A program made the translations under genes and the position numbers. Shown in pieces: positions 58,601 through 64,000 of a stretch of 64,000 nt of DNA. Location: positions 9,724 through 73,723 of IMG/VR virus record IMGVR_UViG_3300032265_001591. One strand, given 5' to 3'. The DNA is from a virus. The stretch's first letter is position 1. Each line of letters opens with the position of its first letter. The notes beneath the pieces were generated by a model that saw nothing but the letters and a program-made list of their open reading frames with translations, had not been told where the DNA came from and did no database searches.

Positions 58601-58656
58601 ACATTAACTTGGTCCCTGAAGTTGAAGATATAAGAGTCATTGGTGTATCAGCATAA
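55648..58656 (+). CDS. Large virion protein, DUF4815/VrlC-like C-terminal part
   Basis: AIQTFFV...FLTGIDLYFK.KP, DL.F..F.AKF, SKYVS..I, AVKIVL.S....VP.V.DIR.I. Confidence 0.75.
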   Translation: MAKYDAIQTFFVPRDRVNGSPYCFLTGIDLYFKAKPDALKSISGILNPGVSVYLCPVEGNHEPKPDNILTDSLVRLSYDEIPILQYQVVQKDVIDTETLQSYAYSPLYTDAKFKIVVPKDSLLTIDPQYFDFAPIDSTATLFFNAKGSDNKGGNYNVSSSTKGNFIQASSATYPGISKLSSTEKQSVGPKMYLDSAEAGRGAIALPDWSYGRGTNEIKGVGKFTWNHKKTDSGRYTIQLGAGKGCSVVCILRYASAIKTNSALSGSIKVPGISSGSKVFGNAAKVLFDTPVIVKTDTLYGIVVDYEDNGYQLWTNKQGERLIGTIGQSGSNLSPGASGKGDGKYFDYTNDQLRAINDQDLMFEVFAAKFKANTADVEITHRDYEFITVGSYSLTGNSAYPGEFVYQDYGNTVANVTHGFTGSGFFKQGTVNVDTRIGTESASYSALIGTNTVFTQDFGIGDYIVVTDLTRSNTDIRQVSYIANNTYLTTDQPLTFANTTAFVKKTAIAKVFDADYGTNNMILFDTNANSSVKFQSSGIRYVTVTAGGSSYTNTDILRVYSGGSTLNATAAVVTNSAGGIVALRFSNVGAGFASAPSFIVSNSTVLTSNSSAGSGATFTANIDGSYIFGETSLYSANLISVDNRPISVFDPDIKLNRESIDTELTIQHNFAYSNGGNYYVNTSYLTTTSDGNNYITKYSGLMMSRSNEVSSPTYLYNSDKSSVMKVHLNAKKPYAASSGGLYVSPILHTDMLNVFTYQYDVNSDYTNETTRSGSAHSKYVSNKISFANNKFAEDIRVFMTAYKPSGTDIKVYAKIYHTADGEAYTNKSWSALELIDGSGLQSSKTNSNDVIALTYGFPKYPEVLSTLTGTVTVGSGSATITGVGTSLSTDLANNDLIRIYDPLQSNTNYFVAIATSIANTTSMTINSTTTNSSVIGSGFKIDRLKYKTAAFTNPQNYNIVRYYASTNVELDGYNVMAVKIVLLSNNINLVPEVEDIRVIGVSA

Positions 58657-58865
58657 TGTTAGTTAAAATTGATAATCAGTTTGCACGAGATACGTCAACT
58701 ATGGCTATTATAAATACTGATAGTTCTTACTATGATACAATTGTTGCAAATCGTCAACAATCAAGCACCATAAAAGAAGTACAACTACAAGTTGAAAGTT
58801 TAAAGAATGATTTCAATGAAATTAAACACATGCTTCTTCAGATAATAGGAAATAAGAATGTCTAG
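58656..58865 (+). CDS. Conserved small phage protein
   Basis: RD..T.AIINTD...LK.D..EIK.ML..I motif. Confidence 0.75.
   Translation: MLVKIDNQFARDTSTMAIINTDSSYYDTIVANRQQSSTIKEVQLQVESLKNDFNEIKHMLLQIIGNKNV
58709..58716 (+). promoter_or_regulatory. T4-type late promoter TATAAATA upstream of the fibre genes
   Basis: Exact consensus inside the small ORF. Confidence 0.5.
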
Positions 58866-61629
58866 AAGTGTATCTAATGTAAATATAAGTACAGATTCAT
58901 TCTTAACATGGATCACACAAACTAATAAACTTCTAGAAGCTTTAAGAACCGATGTTATTACGGTTTCTACATCTATTACTGGTGGTAATGCAACATTAGC
59001 TAATACAACGGGTAATGCACAGCTTATTGGTATCTTTGGCGCTAACACGGTTGTAGCGACTAATGGTTTGCGCGGCGGTAATGCAACAGCTACTAATGAT
59101 CTCAACATTCTTTCAAACACTTCAGTAACCGGTGATTTTCTAAAAGTTGGTGCAAATGTACAGTTAAATGCTATTAGTGTTTCTGTTGGCAACTCAACTA
59201 TAAATTTAGTTGCAATACAAAATCTTCTTAAGATTTCTAATTCAACATCAACTGCAAATTTATCACCACTTGATTTAACAATTGGTTCTGCTGTAGTAAA
59301 TGCAACTGTTCTTACAATTGGAACAGGTAATTTTTCTACTGGTGCTAATGTAGGTGCCAATGTTAATTTTACAACTTCAAGCATTCAAGTTGTAAATTCA
59401 ATTTCAAACGTCGTGGTTAATTCAGGATTAGTAAAAGCATCTAATTCAACATCTACTGCTAATCTTACACCATCAGATCTTACAATAGGTAGTGCAATTG
59501 TAAACTCTACTATTCTTACAATTGGAACAGGTAATTTTTCTACTGGTGCTAATGTAGGTGCCAATGTTAATTTTACAACTTCAAGCATTCAAGTTGTAAA
59601 TTCAATCTCAAATGTTGTTGTTAATTCTGGATTAGTAAAAGCATCTAATTCAACATCAACAGCTAATCTTACTCCTAAAGAATTAACGATTGGTGCCACT
59701 GTTGTAAATTCTTCTTTAGTCACTGTCACTGGTGTAAATACAAGTTATGCTAATGTAACTGGACAAGTTAATACAGCAACATTATATGTTGCTACAAGCG
59801 CAAACGTAGGAACTGCTTTTACTGCTAATGCATCATTAGTAAATGCTATAGCGCTTAATGTAGTTAATCAGACAAATACAGCAACTCTTTATGTTACAAC
59901 TTCAGCCAATATAGGAACTGCTTTTACTGCTAATGCATCATTAGTAAATGCTATAGCTCTTAATGTAGTTAATCAGACAAATACAGCAACGTTATTTGCT
60001 ACTACGTCTGCTAATGTTGGTGGTAATGTCCAAATGACGGTTTCGCAGTATGGTATTACCGGTTCAGCCACTGTTCCAACGATGGCATTAACTACATCAT
60101 CATTGACGATTGGCAATAGTACTATCACCGGTGCTCCATCAATTAACTTAGCAAATAGCATAGGCAATACTACAGTTAATGCTATTGCTATTGGATCTAG
60201 TTGGGGATTAAGTTCTAATTCAACGGGACTATATCATTCTGGTGTAGTTAATGCTTTTAGTCATACTTCTGGTTCTGGATTTATTGCTAATTCAACTGCT
60301 ATTGTTGGTACAGGATATGCTAATGTAACGACGAGTGTTAACACAGCATTATACACGGTTGGTTCTAATTTCATAGCAAATGCAACAGCTTTAGTCCATA
60401 CTGGATTTGCTAATGTAACGACAAGTGTTAATTCAGCAGCATTAACTGTAGGCGCCAATTTTATAGCGAATGCAACAGCATTAGTCCATACTGGATTTGC
60501 TAATGTAACGACAAGCGTTAATACCGCATTATTCACTGTTGGAACAACATTTACCGCTAATGCTACATTAGTTAATGCTACGGCCATTAACGTTGTGAAT
60601 CAGATTAATACTGCTTCTCTATTTGCTAGTTCAAACGTTAGTACTGTTAACGTACTTGCTACATTAGTTACTTCTAACGTATCTGCTGGTTACGCTAATG
60701 TAACTGGTCAAGTTAACACCACAACACTATATGCAGGAACATCTGCAAATGTTGGTGGTAACGTTCAGATAACCGTGTCTCAATATGGCATCACAGGTAA
60801 TGCAACCACTGTTCCAACAATGTCTCTTACTGCATCATCTTTGACGATTGGTAATAGCACTATTACTGGTGCACCTCAGATTAATATTGCCAATAATCTT
60901 GGAAATACGATTGTTAACACTACATCAGTAAGCACAACTACTGTATATGCTAACACCACTGGTATTCATACGGGTAATGTATCAGCTACTGTTATAAATG
61001 CAAGTGCTAACGTAAATGCACCATTGGTATTTGCTAATGTTAGTGGTACATATGCTAACATTACGGGCCAGGTTAATACTACAACGTTCTTTGCTGCTAC
61101 ATCAGCTAATGTAGGAGCAAATGTACAGTTAACTACTTCACAGCTGTTTATTGGTAATTCAACAGCAAACGTATTATCAAACTCAACAATTGTTACAATA
61201 GCTAATTCTACTGGTATTGCAAATCTTCAACCTGCATTGCTAACAATTGGCGGATCGGTTGTTAATACTACTTATGTAGCAGCAAATAATTTAGTAATTA
61301 ACACAGATTGTGAGATGCGAGTATCGTCAAATACTCTTAATGCAAATATTACTTCTGCTCAAGTATTTTTTACATTTGCTACTTCTTTCTCATCTGCAAA
61401 AATTACGGCTCAAGTAAAACGCTCGGGTAATGTTCAAACTTCTGATATGATCATTGCGCATGATGGAACAGATGCATTTATTTCTGTATATGGTACTGTT
61501 ATAGCTCCTTCAACTTCATCTGATCTTGGTGATTTTAGTGTTGGCGTAAATGCTGGTAACGTTGAATTGAAATATCAACAAACAGCTGCTAGTTCTGTTA
61601 TTAAAGTAATCGCTCACCTAATAAAGTAA
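58858..61629 (+). CDS. Tail fibre-like protein with internal repeats
   Basis: TDSF.TW...TN N-terminus; N/A/T/S/V beta-repeats; C-terminal HDGT...YG domain. Confidence 0.8.
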   Translation: MSRSVSNVNISTDSFLTWITQTNKLLEALRTDVITVSTSITGGNATLANTTGNAQLIGIFGANTVVATNGLRGGNATATNDLNILSNTSVTGDFLKVGANVQLNAISVSVGNSTINLVAIQNLLKISNSTSTANLSPLDLTIGSAVVNATVLTIGTGNFSTGANVGANVNFTTSSIQVVNSISNVVVNSGLVKASNSTSTANLTPSDLTIGSAIVNSTILTIGTGNFSTGANVGANVNFTTSSIQVVNSISNVVVNSGLVKASNSTSTANLTPKELTIGATVVNSSLVTVTGVNTSYANVTGQVNTATLYVATSANVGTAFTANASLVNAIALNVVNQTNTATLYVTTSANIGTAFTANASLVNAIALNVVNQTNTATLFATTSANVGGNVQMTVSQYGITGSATVPTMALTTSSLTIGNSTITGAPSINLANSIGNTTVNAIAIGSSWGLSSNSTGLYHSGVVNAFSHTSGSGFIANSTAIVGTGYANVTTSVNTALYTVGSNFIANATALVHTGFANVTTSVNSAALTVGANFIANATALVHTGFANVTTSVNTALFTVGTTFTANATLVNATAINVVNQINTASLFASSNVSTVNVLATLVTSNVSAGYANVTGQVNTTTLYAGTSANVGGNVQITVSQYGITGNATTVPTMSLTASSLTIGNSTITGAPQINIANNLGNTIVNTTSVSTTTVYANTTGIHTGNVSATVINASANVNAPLVFANVSGTYANITGQVNTTTFFAATSANVGANVQLTTSQLFIGNSTANVLSNSTIVTIANSTGIANLQPALLTIGGSVVNTTYVAANNLVINTDCEMRVSSNTLNANITSAQVFFTFATSFSSAKITAQVKRSGNVQTSDMIIAHDGTDAFISVYGTVIAPSTSSDLGDFSVGVNAGNVELKYQQTAASSVIKVIAHLIK
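59236..59710 (+). repeat. 204-bp (68-aa) tandem duplication, about 2.3 copies
   Basis: About 94 nt identical at 59309-59402 and 59513-59606. Confidence 0.9.
59770..60020 (+). repeat. 105-bp (35-aa) tandem repeat
   Basis: NTATLYV.TSAN.GTAFTANASLVNAIALNVVNQT twice plus a partial copy. Confidence 0.85.
60280..60570 (+). repeat. 90-bp (30-aa) tandem repeat x3
   Basis: FIANATALVHTGFANVTTSVN..L.TVG.. Confidence 0.85.
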
Positions 61630-61640
61630 AGTAAAGCAAA

Positions 61641-62549
61641 ATGGCATCAGCAAATAGTAGATTTAAAACAGAGAATGGACTTTACGTAACCGGTGGTAAT
61701 GCTGAGTTTACTCAGATAGTTACAGTAGGAGGTAATTGCACAGTAAGCGGTGATTTGTTATTTGTCGGTGGCAACCTTACAGTTCAAGGCACTCAAGTAT
61801 TTCAAGGTGGTCAAATTTATGTAAGCAACATCACTGCCAGCATGGCTGGTCTAGGTATTGGTAACACCACTTATGCCTTTGATGTTTATTCCGCTAATCT
61901 TTTTGTTAACACTGCAGTACTACCACTAAACAACACTATTCCATTAGGAAACACTACACGAAGATTTGTAACTTATTCAAACACGCTTGATGTTTCTACG
62001 ACTGCATTGATTTCTGGTAACGTCACTATTTCTGGAACATCACACACTATTGCGGGTAATGTAAACATTGACTCTGGTACGTTGTTTATTGATGGAACAA
62101 ACAACCGGGTTGGTATAAACAATACTGCTCCAACTACAGGCGTAAATTTACAAGTAACTGGTAATGCTAACGTTTCTGCTAATTTGGTTACTTCTTTAGT
62201 AGTGGTTAATAATGCTATTTTTGCATCCAATAGTAAATCTGTTACTTCTACTGCTCAAGTACTAGTTGATGATTTCCCATTAGTTCTATCAAACTGTGTT
62301 AAATATCTTGTGTTTACAAGAAATACAGGAAACACTGTTGTTCATACATTAGAACTAATGGCAATTCATGATGGCACTAATGTACTTTTATCTCAATATG
62401 GTGAAGTTTTTAATACTTCACTTGGTTCATTTGATGTAAACATTAACGTTGCAAACGTTGAATTGAAGTTTACAGCAACTGCAAGCGGAGCAGCACCAAA
62501 CGTAACACATCCGTATACAGTTAAAGTATTAAGAACACAAATTACATAA
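61641..62549 (+). CDS. Tail fibre-like protein
   Basis: F.T.NGL N-terminus, NNRVGINNTAP, C-terminal HDGT...YG domain shared with the upstream fibre. Confidence 0.75.
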   Translation: MASANSRFKTENGLYVTGGNAEFTQIVTVGGNCTVSGDLLFVGGNLTVQGTQVFQGGQIYVSNITASMAGLGIGNTTYAFDVYSANLFVNTAVLPLNNTIPLGNTTRRFVTYSNTLDVSTTALISGNVTISGTSHTIAGNVNIDSGTLFIDGTNNRVGINNTAPTTGVNLQVTGNANVSANLVTSLVVVNNAIFASNSKSVTSTAQVLVDDFPLVLSNCVKYLVFTRNTGNTVVHTLELMAIHDGTNVLLSQYGEVFNTSLGSFDVNINVANVELKFTATASGAAPNVTHPYTVKVLRTQIT

Positions 62550-62571
62550 GCATTAGAGGAGAGGGAATCTA

Positions 62572-64000
62572 ATGGCAATTTCTAAAGATTTCGTTGTTAA
62601 GAACGGTCTACAGGTTGGTTCTAGTTTACAAGTCAACTCTACTGCTACATTTTCAAACGATGTAACTATTTCTGGCAACTTAATTGTTTCTGGAACAACT
62701 ACGTACGTTAATACTGCAACTTTAAACATTGCAGATAATATTGTTACACTAAACGCTGACGTATCTGGTGCAACAGCTCCTACTGAAAATGCAGGATTAG
62801 AAATTAATCGTGGTAGTTCAGCAAACGTTCAATTGCGTTGGAATGAAACAACTCACTCATGGGAACAGTCCAATGCTGGATTGAGTGTTTATTATAAACT
62901 CTTAGCGAACAACGATATTCTGGATAGTCTTGTAAGTACTAGCATAACTGTTGCAGCTTCAGCTAATTCAGTAAAAGCAGCATATGATACTGCAATATCA
63001 CAAGGATCAACTGCATATAGTAATGCAACTACATATGCATCAAACGCAACTAATATTTCATCTGGTACTTTAAACACTGCACGCTTACCAGCTCAAGTCA
63101 ATGTAAGTGCTAATCTTAACATTGGCGCTTTTGGTACAACGAATGGTGTGAATATTCAAAACACAGCAATCATTGTTGGTAACTCAACAGCCAATGCAAC
63201 AGTTGCTTATAATTTATTACAGGCTTCTAATGCTACAAGCACTGCTAATCTTTCTCCTGTTGATCTTAAGATAGGTAGCGCTATAGTTAACTCAACTGTG
63301 TTAACTATAACCACAGTGAATGCAACCACAGTGAATGCAAACACGTCTGGTATTCATACTGGTAACGTATCAGCTACTGTTATAAATGCTAGTGCGAATG
63401 TTAATGCTCCTTTAGTATTTGCCAATGTTACTGGTACATATGCTAATATCACTGGTCAAGTCAATACTGCAACGTTCTATGCTGCCACAAGCGCAAATGT
63501 TGGTGGTAATGTTCAAATTACGGTATCTCAGTATGGTATTACTGGTAACGTTACTACCGCACCAACAATGTCATTGACTGGTTCAGCTTTAACGATTGGT
63601 AACAGTTCGATCACAGGCGCACCTTCAATTAACTTAGCAAATAGTACCGGTAATACTACGGTTAATGTAACTTCTATTGGATCCAGCTGGGGTCTAATTT
63701 CAAATGCATCTGGTGTGTATCATAGTGGTGTAGTTAATGCTGCATCGCATACTACTACTACGACTGTATCTAATACAACTGGATTCTTTCCAACAACGAA
63801 TGCTATAGCATTAGGAAATAGCATAGGACTTTGGGTAATTTCAGCAAACAGCTTAGGCGCCAATAGTATCACTGTAACTGGTGGTAATCTTAACGCTGCT
63901 ACCGTTTATGCTACTGGATTAGTTAACGCTGCAAACTTTACGACAACTGGTACTGTTAATACTGCCACGGTTTATGCTACTGGTCTTGTTAATGCTGCTA
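62572..64000 (+). CDS. Tail fibre-like protein, 3'-truncated (not in the ORF track)
   Basis: RBS GAGGAGAGGG; MAISKDFVVKNGL; frame open to the window end; shares modules with 58858-61629. Confidence 0.85.
   Translation, partial: MAISKDFVVKNGLQVGSSLQVNSTATFSNDVTISGNLIVSGTTTYVNTATLNIADNIVTLNADVSGATAPTENAGLEINRGSSANVQLRWNETTHSWEQSNAGLSVYYKLLANNDILDSLVSTSITVAASANSVKAAYDTAISQGSTAYSNATTYASNATNISSGTLNTARLPAQVNVSANLNIGAFGTTNGVNIQNTAIIVGNSTANATVAYNLLQASNATSTANLSPVDLKIGSAIVNSTVLTITTVNATTVNANTSGIHTGNVSATVINASANVNAPLVFANVTGTYANITGQVNTATFYAATSANVGGNVQITVSQYGITGNVTTAPTMSLTGSALTIGNSSITGAPSINLANSTGNTTVNVTSIGSSWGLISNASGVYHSGVVNAASHTTTTTVSNTTGFFPTTNAIALGNSIGLWVISANSLGANSITVTGGNLNAATVYATGLVNAANFTTTGTVNTATVYATGLVNAA

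Noticed and set aside
58800-60587. Antisense ORFs opposite the fibre gene, and fibre repeats as a CRISPR or DGR signal
   Set aside because: The antisense ORFs are explained by the biased codon content of the fibre. The repeats are in-frame coding duplications with no unique spacers, no evident adenine-specific variation and no reverse transcriptase in the window.

Overview
This window is a 64-kb segment of a large, AT-rich T4-like myophage genome using genetic code 11. A spanin pair implies a Gram-negative host. From left to right it contains: (1) a late cluster of putative internal-head proteins, including three nucleotidyltransferases from three different superfamilies, each with a T4-type capsid-targeting N-terminus, plus FkbM, Dps and spanins; (2) primase, thyX, nrdAB, two GIY-YIG nucleases and five tRNAs; (3) accessory genes (secreted NucA-type nuclease, HAD, GT4 glycosyltransferase), rnh, phoH, an exonuclease, tRNA-Thr, a cell-wall hydrolase and gp33-59-32; (4) a minus-strand tail-assembly operon (gp4, gp2, gp54-like, gp26, a start-less gp51 frame, and tape-measure-like/lysozyme genes); (5) a plus-strand baseplate and fibre operon (gp48, 53, hub, 5, 25, 6, 7, 8, split DUF4815/VrlC-like, three fibres, the last truncated). 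The main leads are a putative virion-packaged, His-rich, Cys-free nuclease + ligase + pol-beta NTase + HIGH-NTase cassette; a predicted -1 ribosomal frameshift fusing gp26 to gp51; strong N-x-S/T sequon enrichment in exterior virion proteins (possible virion N-glycosylation); and an RBS-sequestering hairpin/late-promoter switch on a GIY-YIG nuclease. All family assignments come from motif recognition and synteny by eye; no database searches were run.
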